A stretch of 51,103 nucleotides of DNA. Origin: a virus. Numbering within the stretch: position 1 is the first letter of the stretch; each line of letters starts with the position of its first letter. Of this stretch, positions 44,045 to 51,103 are shown piece after piece. A model generated the notes under the pieces. The model worked only from the letters and a program-made list of their open reading frames with translations, was not told the origin of the DNA and did no database searches. The DNA lies in the IMG/VR virus record IMGVR_UViG_3300045988_112499, one strand, 5' to 3'. Made by a program: the position numbers and the translations under genes.

Positions 44045-46036
44045 TTATTTAATAGTTAATGATTTATCGGTTGAAACTATAAGATTGATAATTTGGCTTT
44101 CAGTTGGGATCAACTGATTGACTGATTCACGGCCGTCAATGAATATCGGGGCCGTAACATTGTGGAACCGACAAAGGGCGTTGATAATATCCAACCCGGC
44201 GTTGATCTTTTCGGCCGTATTGGTTGAAGAAATAGGAACCCCGGCTTTGTTGGTTGCGATACATGCTTCAAATTCACCGCCGTCAATGGTCTTATCGAAC
44301 AATTCAAATTTGACGATAGAAAACAAGTTATTGATCCGTGATTCACATTCATTGATTTTGGTTTTCGTGAAATCCATGATCGTAAATTCCTTCTTTTCAA
44401 GGTCTGCAATCTGTTGGGCCAATTCGTCGGATTTCTTTTCAAGATCGTTGATTTCCTGTGTGTACTTGGCAATCCTTTCTTTATCAGACAATTCGGCCTT
44501 CAGTTCGTCCCGGCGGGATTCAAGCGTCTTCTTTTGTTCTTTCAAATCTGAAGTATCGACGGGCTTCACTTCTTCAATCGTTGCTTGAATAGTCTTGATC
44601 TGATTATCAAGTTCTTGCCATTCCGGTAATTCTTCAGCGATAACCGGGGCCGGGGAAACAATAGACATTTCGGCAAGCATATCTTCAAACTCTTTGACCG
44701 ATTTTTCAGCGTTGGCAACTTTAATCTTTTGATCTGTCAATTCGTTTTCGGCGGCAATAAGTTCTTTTTGTCGTTCTTCTAATACTTTTGAAAGGTTTGT
44801 GCCTTCTTCTTTGATACGGTCTAAGTTCGCTTGTTTGGTATCCCAAAATGATTGTTTGGCTTTTGATTGGTTTTCAGCATGAAGAAGCTTTGCAGCCGGA
44901 TCGCCACAAGGACCGCCGAAGACGGGGCAAGTCAAACAACCTTCTTTGACATCATAGGTTTTCGCTTCTTCTGCAAACCATTCTTTCCGCTTGTTTTCAA
45001 CCTTTTCATCCTGTTTGCTGATCACATCTTTCAGTGAAGAAACGGTTTGTTCTTGCGTTTTGAATGAAGAACGTACAGAAGAAAGGGTGATCCGTGCTTC
45101 GTTTAGTTTCCCTTCTGTTTCACGGCGTTTTGAATTTTGGGTGTTGGCATCATTGGCGGCCTTTTCCTTTGCTTCATGAACAACGGTTTGTTGTTTGGTC
45201 TTCAAGTCATTGATTTGACCTTGCTTCTTCTGAATTTCCTCATATTGTCCACGAATAGCGGTTGACTTGTCAGTCATGGACTTTTCAACCCTTTCAATTT
45301 CACTTTCAACGGCTTCCAATTCTGTTTGAAGGGCGTCAAAGTCTTTGGCTTCCGGCATCAACTTTCTTGTCTGATCAATACGTGAAGGGATCAATTTCAA
45401 ATCATTGTTCAACTCTGTTTTCTTAGCTGAAATTTCCCTTTTGTATTGGGTCAAGGTCTTTCCGATAATTGAATCAAGAAGGGCTTTGAATTCCGGCTTT
45501 GAAGCCGCAATTTGTTCGTCACTGATTGTCCCGGCAATGTAGAATAATTGCGAACGCTGATCTTGCCATTTCAGAGAAAGGAAGAAAGAAGGATTGGTGA
45601 TCATCTTGAAAACGGTTTCATCAATGATCGAATCAACCTTGGCCGCATATTCTTTGGCCGTACCGCATTTCACGTTATTGATATAAAACATAGTTTCACA
45701 CCCGTCGTATGTTTCAACGGCCGTTCCACGTTTGCGAACCCATTTTTGATGCAAGACACGCTTCAAGGTGATTTCTTCGCTGTTTACATCAAGCACGCCG
45801 CATACTTCAGCGTCAACACGATCAACACGTTTGCCATTTTCAATTGGTATGATATTATAATCTTTGCGGTCAAGAGAATCTTTGCCGAAAAGCAACCAAA
45901 TAAAGGCGTCAAACATTGTTGATTTTCCGGTTGCATTTGCACCACAAATGCTTGTTTCATTGGAAAAGTCGATTGACCTTTCCTTTTGTCCCTTCCAATT
46001 AACAAGGGATAATCTTTTTAAAATTACATTCTTCAT
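44045..46036 (-). CDS. SMC/RecF/SbcC-like AAA ATPase with long coiled coil
   Basis: N-terminal Walker A GANATGKST, central coiled coil, C-terminal ABC-like region. Confidence 0.75.
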   Translation of the reverse strand: MKNVILKRLSLVNWKGQKERSIDFSNETSICGANATGKSTMFDAFIWLLFGKDSLDRKDYNIIPIENGKRVDRVDAEVCGVLDVNSEEITLKRVLHQKWVRKRGTAVETYDGCETMFYINNVKCGTAKEYAAKVDSIIDETVFKMITNPSFFLSLKWQDQRSQLFYIAGTISDEQIAASKPEFKALLDSIIGKTLTQYKREISAKKTELNNDLKLIPSRIDQTRKLMPEAKDFDALQTELEAVESEIERVEKSMTDKSTAIRGQYEEIQKKQGQINDLKTKQQTVVHEAKEKAANDANTQNSKRRETEGKLNEARITLSSVRSSFKTQEQTVSSLKDVISKQDEKVENKRKEWFAEEAKTYDVKEGCLTCPVFGGPCGDPAAKLLHAENQSKAKQSFWDTKQANLDRIKEEGTNLSKVLEERQKELIAAENELTDQKIKVANAEKSVKEFEDMLAEMSIVSPAPVIAEELPEWQELDNQIKTIQATIEEVKPVDTSDLKEQKKTLESRRDELKAELSDKERIAKYTQEINDLEKKSDELAQQIADLEKKEFTIMDFTKTKINECESRINNLFSIVKFELFDKTIDGGEFEACIATNKAGVPISSTNTAEKINAGLDIINALCRFHNVTAPIFIDGRESVNQLIPTESQIINLIVSTDKSLTIK

Positions 46037-46089
46037 ATTGTTGCGGGTATTAAATAATTATTCTTTTTCATATTTGACTATTTAATTTG

Positions 46090-46380
46090 TTAATCCTTAG
46101 ATAGATAACTTGCTCGATTGCAAGTTTTGGCAACGGCTTCAATTTGTATGCGGTCAATCCTTACACTTGAATTTCGGTCCCCGTCTTTGATTTCGTCAAC
46201 AAGACCTTCTTCGATCCAACGATCAACGGTTCCTTCTCCATATATTCGGTAAGCTTCACGCAACTTTAGATAGGGCTTTAGGCATCCGGCTTTCGCAAGT
46301 GCCCGTTGTGCTCCTAATTCGGCGGCGTCAATCAGAGCGTTCAGATATTCCGTTTCGGTTTTCGGCAATTGTATCCCCAT
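46090..46380 (-). CDS. Small DNA-binding protein candidate (excisionase/HTH-like)
   Basis: LKLREAYRIYGEGTVDRWIEEGLV resembles excisionase-type HTH (weak). Confidence 0.35.
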   Translation of the reverse strand: MGIQLPKTETEYLNALIDAAELGAQRALAKAGCLKPYLKLREAYRIYGEGTVDRWIEEGLVDEIKDGDRNSSVRIDRIQIEAVAKTCNRASYLSKD

Positions 46381-46567
46381 TGTCTTTTTGCTTTTTTTCT
46401 AATGCTTTTATCAGCCGGGAAGCGTTATACAAATTCGCAATAACAAATCCATAATAAACGACATAAGCAATTGTCGAATCATCAACGGGGTTCCCGAATA
46501 AAAGCAATAAGAATACGGCGAAATATAGGCCGATGAATAAAAATTTGACTGTTGCGTTACATTTCAT
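46328..46567 (-). CDS. Small membrane protein
   Basis: Two hydrophobic helices. Confidence 0.35.
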   Translation of the reverse strand: MKCNATVKFLFIGLYFAVFLLLLFGNPVDDSTIAYVVYYGFVIANLYNASRLIKALEKKQKDNGDTIAENRNGISERSD

Positions 46568-46585
46568 AATCGTTGCGGTATTATG

Positions 46586-46975
46586 TTATAATTCAAGTAA
46601 ATAGTCAAAGTCTGTTTCACTTTTCCTTCTCGCCCTTCTTGCACGACATTCGACCTTCTTTCCCGATCTAAATGTTCTCAAATTTTGTGCGTTGGTGAAT
46701 TCAGTTGAAACAACCAAAAGAAGTAATACAAGTGTTACGACTTTTCTTTTTAAAGGAGATAGATCAAACGATATGTTGAAATGCACGCAAAACCACCATG
46801 CGGAAAGTTCATTTGACTTTGTAACCCCGGTTTTCTCATAAATAGACCGGGCGTGATTTTCGACCGTTCGGTTGTCGATAAATAGCCGTGAAGCAATTTC
46901 TTTTTTGCTTGCTCCCCAAGCGATCAATTCGGCAACTTCGGATTCCCGCTTTGTTAGCATTGCAGTTGCGTTCAT
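46586..46975 (-). CDS. LuxR-type HTH regulator with C-terminal TM segment
   Basis: LTKRESEVAELIAWGASKKEIASRLFIDNRTVENHARSIYEKTGV is a GerE/LuxR HTH; VVTLVLLLLVVS is hydrophobic; ATG at 46975. Confidence 0.7.
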   Translation of the reverse strand: MNATAMLTKRESEVAELIAWGASKKEIASRLFIDNRTVENHARSIYEKTGVTKSNELSAWWFCVHFNISFDLSPLKRKVVTLVLLLLVVSTEFTNAQNLRTFRSGKKVECRARRARRKSETDFDYLLEL

Positions 46976-46976
46976 A

Positions 46977-47189
46977 TCATTCCCCCCAAACTTCCTTGAT
47001 TCCATACTTGGCGAAGGTTTCTTCAATCGCCTTTGCTTCACTCACTTTGGGTTCGACCTTTCCATTTAGCCGATTCAGCCAAGCCACATTCGTTGTAATT
47101 CCAAGCGTGATCATTATTTCATGCTTTACGTTTGAAATGTCTTTTTGCATGACTTGTGAAAACCCTTTCTTGAAAGAAAATCCTTCCAT
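46977..47189 (-). CDS. Cro-position small protein
   Basis: First gene of the leftward early operon, divergent from the repressor. Confidence 0.4.
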   Translation of the reverse strand: MEGFSFKKGFSQVMQKDISNVKHEIMITLGITTNVAWLNRLNGKVEPKVSEAKAIEETFAKYGIKEVWGE

Positions 47190-47279
47190 AACTTATTCTT
47201 ATTTAAAAATTTGACGTATATTCGCTATTTGTTGATGATTACTTTCTCTTTACCTTTGCAAAGTTAAAGTTTCATGCTG

Positions 47280-47312
47280 CAAATATAAAGCATTATGCGT
47301 GAATAAAGCAAA
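47280..47312 (-). promoter_or_regulatory. Leftward early promoter (Bacteroides-type -33 TTTG / -7 TATATTTG)
   Basis: Minus strand reads TTTG-21 nt-TATATTTG; the spacer contains operator half-site 47293-47303. Confidence 0.5.
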
Positions 47313-47347
47313 CTTTTCACGCATAAATTTTAAGCATAATGCGTAAA
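47291..47347. promoter_or_regulatory. Operator-like repeats of the lysogeny switch
   Basis: TTATGCGTGAA (47293-47303) and its exact reverse complement TTCACGCATAA (47316-47326), plus a third related site CATAATGCGTAAA (47335-47347). Confidence 0.6.
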
Positions 47348-47357
47348 TATTTTATAA

Positions 47358-47855
47358 ATGACTGATAGTGAACGTATTAAAACAGTGTTAAAATATTCGG
47401 GAATGTCTGCGAATAAGTTTGCAAAGCATGTTGGGTTAAAATCTCCGCAAGTTTTGTATGATGTTACCAACGGAAGAAATGGAATATCTAAAGACTTAGC
47501 GGATAAAATTACAGCAAAATGCGTGAATATAAGTTTGTCGTGGCTTCTCACCGATGAAGGCGAAATGTTGAAATCTGAATCCATGAACGAACAAAGTTCA
47601 GATTCTTCTACCGTGTTACCGTCAATTGAAACAAAAAGATTGATTGAACTTGGTGCGGAAGCTTTTGAAAAGAAGTTGCTTGATATGTTTCAGAAAGGGG
47701 AAATTTATTCGGCGGCTACCGTAAAAGAGAAAGATTTGTTGATCCATGAATTATTGATCAAGGTTGGAAAGCTTGAAGCAAAAGTCGAAGAACTTGAAAA
47801 GGAAAAAGGCAATGTCCGAACGGACGAAAATGCAACATGTGCAAATGTCGGGTAA
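47358..47855 (+). CDS. CI-like repressor (N-terminal HTH, C-terminal coiled coil; no S24 peptidase domain)
   Basis: SANKFAKHVGLKSPQVLYDVTNGRNGISKDLADKI...LSWLLTDEG; divergent from the early operon. Confidence 0.65.
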   Translation: MTDSERIKTVLKYSGMSANKFAKHVGLKSPQVLYDVTNGRNGISKDLADKITAKCVNISLSWLLTDEGEMLKSESMNEQSSDSSTVLPSIETKRLIELGAEAFEKKLLDMFQKGEIYSAATVKEKDLLIHELLIKVGKLEAKVEELEKEKGNVRTDENATCANVG

Positions 47856-47896
47856 TCAATGCCTTGGGGGAATTACGTGTTGTTCCTAAATATTAA

Positions 47897-47912
47897 GCAA
47901 ATGCAATGCAAA
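47897..47912 (+). repeat. TGCAATGCA motif, variant A (GCAAATGCAATGCAAA)
   Basis: Identical 16-mer on the opposite strand at 21922-21937; 15/16 match at 32048-32062. Confidence 0.7.
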
Positions 47913-48052
47913 TGTGATTTTTTGCATAACAAAGGCCTTTTTTTAGTAAAAATACTGTATAAAAATTGTAAATAATTAGAAAATGTCAATTTTGTAATGA
48001 AAAAGATAATAAGTTGGTATTTAGTGAATTGCAATTTTGAAATTAAGCAAAA

Positions 48053-48068
48053 GCAATGCAATTGCATA
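48053..48068 (+). repeat. TGCAATGCA motif, variant B (GCAATGCAATTGCATA)
   Basis: Identical 16-mer on the opposite strand at 36888-36903; contains the 10-bp palindrome TGCAATTGCA. Confidence 0.7.
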
Positions 48069-48112
48069 ACGTTTGCAATGCAAGTCGTTTTACTCTAAAG
48101 GAAAGATATATA

Positions 48113-48130
48113 GAATATATAAATATATTC
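48113..48130. promoter_or_regulatory. AT-rich perfect palindrome GAATATAT-AA-ATATATTC
   Basis: 8-bp arms; flanked by direct repeats TTAC(T/C)CTAAAGG at 48090-48101 and 48150-48161, and by the palindrome GTAATAAC-TAAC-GTTATTAC at 48134-48153. Confidence 0.5.
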
Positions 48131-48179
48131 TTTGTAATAACTAACGTTATTACCCTAAAGGTGGAAACTCAAAAGAAAT

Positions 48180-48362
48180 ATGGATATGATAAAAGTTGAA
48201 ATAGAAGGGTATTATAATCGGCCGGAATTTTACCCATATATGCCGAATGAAATTTTCGACAAGCTTGAAGCGGCCGCAATGCAAGGCGAAGATTTGGCCG
48301 AACTGCCAAAAGAACTATTTGAAAGAATGGTTGCAGACTATGAAAGTGAAAAGAAGAAATAA
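48180..48362 (+). CDS. Hypothetical small acidic protein
   Basis: 60-aa ORF with an ATG start. Confidence 0.4.
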   Translation: MDMIKVEIEGYYNRPEFYPYMPNEIFDKLEAAAMQGEDLAELPKELFERMVADYESEKKK

Positions 48363-48377
48363 TTTTGAAAAGTAAGA

Positions 48378-48662
48378 ATGGAAGCAAAAACAGTAAGGCC
48401 GCAGGCCAAATCAATACAAGGACGTTTTTTTGAAGCGATCAACACTTTGATTGCTTCCGGTAAACTTGAAGGGATGAAAACGTTCTGCAATTTATATGAT
48501 CTTCATCAACCCAAATATTCCCGGTTGAGATCGGCAACAATGGACACAACAAAAGAATGTCCATACAAGTTGATTGATATTGATGCGCTTGCTTACTTAG
48601 TCAAAGACTTTGGCGTTTCTTCTGATTGGCTTTTGCTTGGTCGGGGAAAGATGTTTAAATAG
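48378..48662 (+). CDS. Second HTH regulator
   Basis: C-terminal VSSDWLLLGRGKMF resembles the same HTH class as the repressor (LSWLLTDEGEM). Confidence 0.55.
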   Translation: MEAKTVRPQAKSIQGRFFEAINTLIASGKLEGMKTFCNLYDLHQPKYSRLRSATMDTTKECPYKLIDIDALAYLVKDFGVSSDWLLLGRGKMFK

Positions 48663-48669
48663 TTAGATT

Positions 48670-49170
48670 ATGAGTATTGAAGATGAATTAAACGGATCAA
48701 ACCCTTGGGCGAATGACGACATGTATTCTTCGCTAACGATTAAAGAATTGGGTGAATTTCAAAAATGGTTTTTTGAGAATTGTATTTGTTTTGATACACA
48801 TATCAATTATGACCCTTTAATTAAATTGTGTGATCCTCTTTTAGGATCGGGTTGTTATGGGAACGGACAATTTCTTTCATTGACCGAAGGGTTGGAATAT
48901 GCTGAAGGGGTAGTTTCCCCCGACGGTAATTATACAGGTGGACATATTGCGCATGGCTTTAATGTGAAAAACGGGAATATCGCCGATTTTTCATTCAAGA
49001 AGATCACAAAGGAATCACCACAATTCCTTTCCGCAATGCCGGGCAAGTATTATGGGATAATCATTCCCAATGACTTTATAGCGAAAATGCAAGAAGGGAA
49101 TAAAACGCCGTATGAACTTCACAAACCGTTATTGATTGATTATTGGCGTGAACAAACCAAGGGAAGTTAA
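48670..49170 (+). CDS. Hypothetical protein (166 aa)
   Basis: ATG-started ORF convergent with the int operon. Confidence 0.5.
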   Translation: MSIEDELNGSNPWANDDMYSSLTIKELGEFQKWFFENCICFDTHINYDPLIKLCDPLLGSGCYGNGQFLSLTEGLEYAEGVVSPDGNYTGGHIAHGFNVKNGNIADFSFKKITKESPQFLSAMPGKYYGIIIPNDFIAKMQEGNKTPYELHKPLLIDYWREQTKGS

Positions 49171-49589
49171 ATCATTCCTTCCCTTACCATTTTCTTATAG
49201 GATGCAATAAGGCGGGTTATTGCTTTATTTGTTAGTTTATCACGACCACCGATTCCCAAGAATTCAACATCGAATCTTTCGGAAGCGGCGGTTTTATTTT
49301 TCGCCTGCTTTATATTCAAATATTTGGATTTTGACTTTCCTGTATCTTTCCAATCCATATCAACATTATGAAGTAATTGGAATATAAATCTCAATGCTTG
49401 CAAGGCGACTTTTCCCCCGGCTTCATTACCATGATTGTTTTTCACTTTCATGACTAATTTGAGAAGGACAAGAATCATTTGTTCAATTCCCAAATATCCT
49501 TCACCTTCAACCTTTTCAGATTCGTCAATAATGTTTCCTAACTGATATTGACAACGAAAATAATGTCTTTTAGAATTCTTTGTTTTCAT
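49167..49589 (-). CDS. Hypothetical protein co-transcribed with the integrase
   Basis: 140-aa ORF overlapping the integrase 3' end by 20 nt. Confidence 0.45.
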   Translation of the reverse strand: MKTKNSKRHYFRCQYQLGNIIDESEKVEGEGYLGIEQMILVLLKLVMKVKNNHGNEAGGKVALQALRFIFQLLHNVDMDWKDTGKSKSKYLNIKQAKNKTAASERFDVEFLGIGGRDKLTNKAITRLIASYKKMVREGMI

Positions 49590-50880
49590 ATATTAAAAAG
49601 TTAAGTACCTTTCTATTTGCTTCGTCAATTAAGGACCAATCCTTTGCAATGTAGACATCTGCCATTTTTAAACCTTCATCAACATGGTTCAAGGAAAGAT
49701 TGATGTCGTCTTTGGAAACTCCGCAATTGTTCCGGGCGATTGTGGCCCAACTATGCCGGGCGTAATACGTCGTTAAATTTTCTTCTATCCCGCATTTTGC
49801 GGCAAGTTTCTTTAATCCCTTATTGACGTTGTTTCCGAATGTATGTGAATCGCAATATCTCTTAGAGAAATCAAACAGATAGTCACCGGATTTGGCCCGA
49901 TATTTTTCTATAAGTGGCACGACTTCGGGTTCTACCTTGATCGAAATGAAAGCTTGGTCCCGGCGACGCCCTTTTGTTTTTCGGCGTTTATATGAAAGCC
50001 GTCCTTCTCTGAAGTCTGAAACTTGCATGTCGTAAAGATCGGCCATATTGATGCCAACAAGGTAAAATGATAGCATAAAAACGTCACGGGCAAACTTTGT
50101 GCGTTCAAACTCCAACTCGTTTTCGTTTATCTGTGATATTGCTTTTATTTGATCGGGCTTCAAATTTCGTTTGTCGGGTTCCGGCGGTTTTTGAAGTTTG
50201 TATTTTCTGAAAGGGTAGTGAGCAATCAAAACTTCATCTTTTTCGTCGTCATTGTATTCGTTGATTGCAGCATTGAACAATATACGTACATTGGTCATGT
50301 AGTCAAAGACGCCAACATCGGATAATGGCTTTTTCTTGGTAGTCACCATTTTCCCAAATTGATTTTTTCTTTTAATTGTTCTTTCGCTCCGAAGATGTTT
50401 TTCAAATTGCCTTAAAAATTTTGATGTTATTTCGGTGATAGCGATTCTTTCCCTTCCGTTACAAAAGTCAATAATTGCATTTGTTGCGGTTTCCAAGGTT
50501 TGCGCCGTTGAAATTCTACCTTCGTTTCTTAACCGTTCGCAATGCTTGCGAGAAAATGCAATGAAATCAATTGAGGAATCGGAACCGGGCGTTGTTTGCT
50601 TTTCAAAATATTCGGCAAGTTCTTTGGCCGTATATAATTCTATGCGCAAACCAAGCTTTTGCGATTTTAGTTCTTCGTATTTGGCAATCCTTCGATCAAG
50701 TTCACGAATGATGAATGAATCCTTCAGAACAAACGCTTTCTTGTTAATCTGTTTGTCCGTGACATAGAATTCAGTTTTTATATATCCGTATTGCCGTTTC
50801 CAACAAACCCGGATCGAAACGGGGTATTTCTCGTCGGCCCGTCTTTGGTGTTTGAAAATACATATTTTGAATGTTGCCAT
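49570..50880 (-). CDS. int: Tyrosine recombinase / phage integrase with N-terminal arm-binding domain
   Basis: N-terminus MATFKICIFKHQRRADEKYPVSIRV (Bacteroides-type arm-binding); C-terminus YYARHSWAT...LNHV...ADVYIAKD; adjacent to the tRNA fragment. Confidence 0.9.
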   Translation of the reverse strand: MATFKICIFKHQRRADEKYPVSIRVCWKRQYGYIKTEFYVTDKQINKKAFVLKDSFIIRELDRRIAKYEELKSQKLGLRIELYTAKELAEYFEKQTTPGSDSSIDFIAFSRKHCERLRNEGRISTAQTLETATNAIIDFCNGRERIAITEITSKFLRQFEKHLRSERTIKRKNQFGKMVTTKKKPLSDVGVFDYMTNVRILFNAAINEYNDDEKDEVLIAHYPFRKYKLQKPPEPDKRNLKPDQIKAISQINENELEFERTKFARDVFMLSFYLVGINMADLYDMQVSDFREGRLSYKRRKTKGRRRDQAFISIKVEPEVVPLIEKYRAKSGDYLFDFSKRYCDSHTFGNNVNKGLKKLAAKCGIEENLTTYYARHSWATIARNNCGVSKDDINLSLNHVDEGLKMADVYIAKDWSLIDEANRKVLNFLIYENKEF

Positions 50881-51014
50881 ATAGTTTTTGAAGATTCCGT
50901 GCTACAGTCGTAACACAATTTCCCGCAAATCTACTCAAATTTGAAGGCGTTTGAAATAGCGTAAATTCGTCATGAATGTCGTAAAAACCTTGCGAAACCC
51001 CATGAAAAAAGGCG

Positions 51015-51103
51015 CCCAAGAGTGGAAGCCTCCTAAACGCCTAATTTTATCTTGGTAGCGGGACCCGGGATTGAACCGGGGACCTCATGATTATGAACTC
51101 TAA
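51015..51103. repeat. Terminal direct repeat, right copy
   Basis: Identical to 1-89; about 135 bp upstream of the integrase start codon (50880). Confidence 0.95.
51053..51103 (-). tRNA. Partial tRNA gene, 3' portion (second copy, integrase-proximal)
   Basis: Same sequence as 39-89; same orientation as the integrase gene and upstream of it, the classical tRNA-int arrangement. Confidence 0.7.

Larger units (their letters stand above)
1..51103. mobile_element. Complete temperate tailed-phage genome (prophage cut at att repeats, or circular contig with overlapping ends)
   Basis: Integrase, repressor switch, replication/recombination, terminase, portal, capsid, tail, DGR and lysis modules are all present; bounded by an exact 89-bp direct repeat containing a tRNA 3' fragment. 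Confidence 0.9.

Noticed and set aside
47873-48067. ORF 47873..48067 (minus; MQLHCFCLISK...) and the N-terminal part of 31629..32057 (MHLHCFCFAV...)
   Set aside because: Both arise from translating the TGCAATGCA repeat motif. The first lies in a repeat-rich regulatory gap, and the second overlaps the better-supported lipoprotein ORF 31810..32079.
47881-48090. Possible CRISPR array suggested by repeated TGCAAT-containing units
   Set aside because: The units are short, irregularly spaced and not separated by unique spacers of constant length. No cas genes are present.
1-51103. Alternative genetic code or stop-codon recoding, as seen in some gut phages
   Set aside because: Long uninterrupted ORFs (1465, 1406, 757 and 663 aa) and a tightly packed gene map are obtained with the standard code. 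No pattern of in-frame TAG or TGA is needed to explain any gaps.

Overview
The window is a complete temperate siphovirus-like tailed-phage genome, about 51,014 bp unique. It is bounded by an exact 89-bp direct repeat (1-89 = 51015-51103). That repeat carries the 3' part of a tRNA gene and lies next to a tyrosine integrase, so this is either a prophage cut at attL/attR or a circular contig with overlapping ends. A Bacteroidota host is inferred from a TTTG/TAnnTTTG-type promoter, the integrase type and DUF4373-type replication genes. Nearly all genes are on the minus strand. Reading left to right: lysis cassette (264-1919), a diversity-generating retroelement (DGR; RT 2701-3711, TR 3891-4008, VR1 4084-4201 in a 444-aa tail-associated protein), tail module (5380-18254), head module (18251-21816), a plus-strand moron island (22074-23542), MuF/portal/terminase (23556-29547), a long early block (ParB-like, RuvC-like, SSB, two radical SAM enzymes, DnaA_C fusion, DnaC-like ATPase, DUF4373, HU, MBL hydrolase, RecT, SMC-like ATPase; 29552-46036), the lysogeny switch (46586-48662) and the integrase (49570-50880). 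Most notable observations: (1) the DGR has a second, remote variable repeat (41572-41649) in a small early-region protein, and all TR/VR mismatches in both VRs fall on TR adenines; (2) a 17-19 bp palindrome TATATCA-N3-TGATATA occurs 8 times, always at gene-module junctions; (3) a second dispersed TGCAATGCA motif family clusters in the immunity region; (4) there is a candidate unimolecular spanin, a MuF head protein with an HExxH C-terminal domain, and a tandem radical-SAM pair. All calls come from reading the sequence and the ORF translations. No database searches were run.
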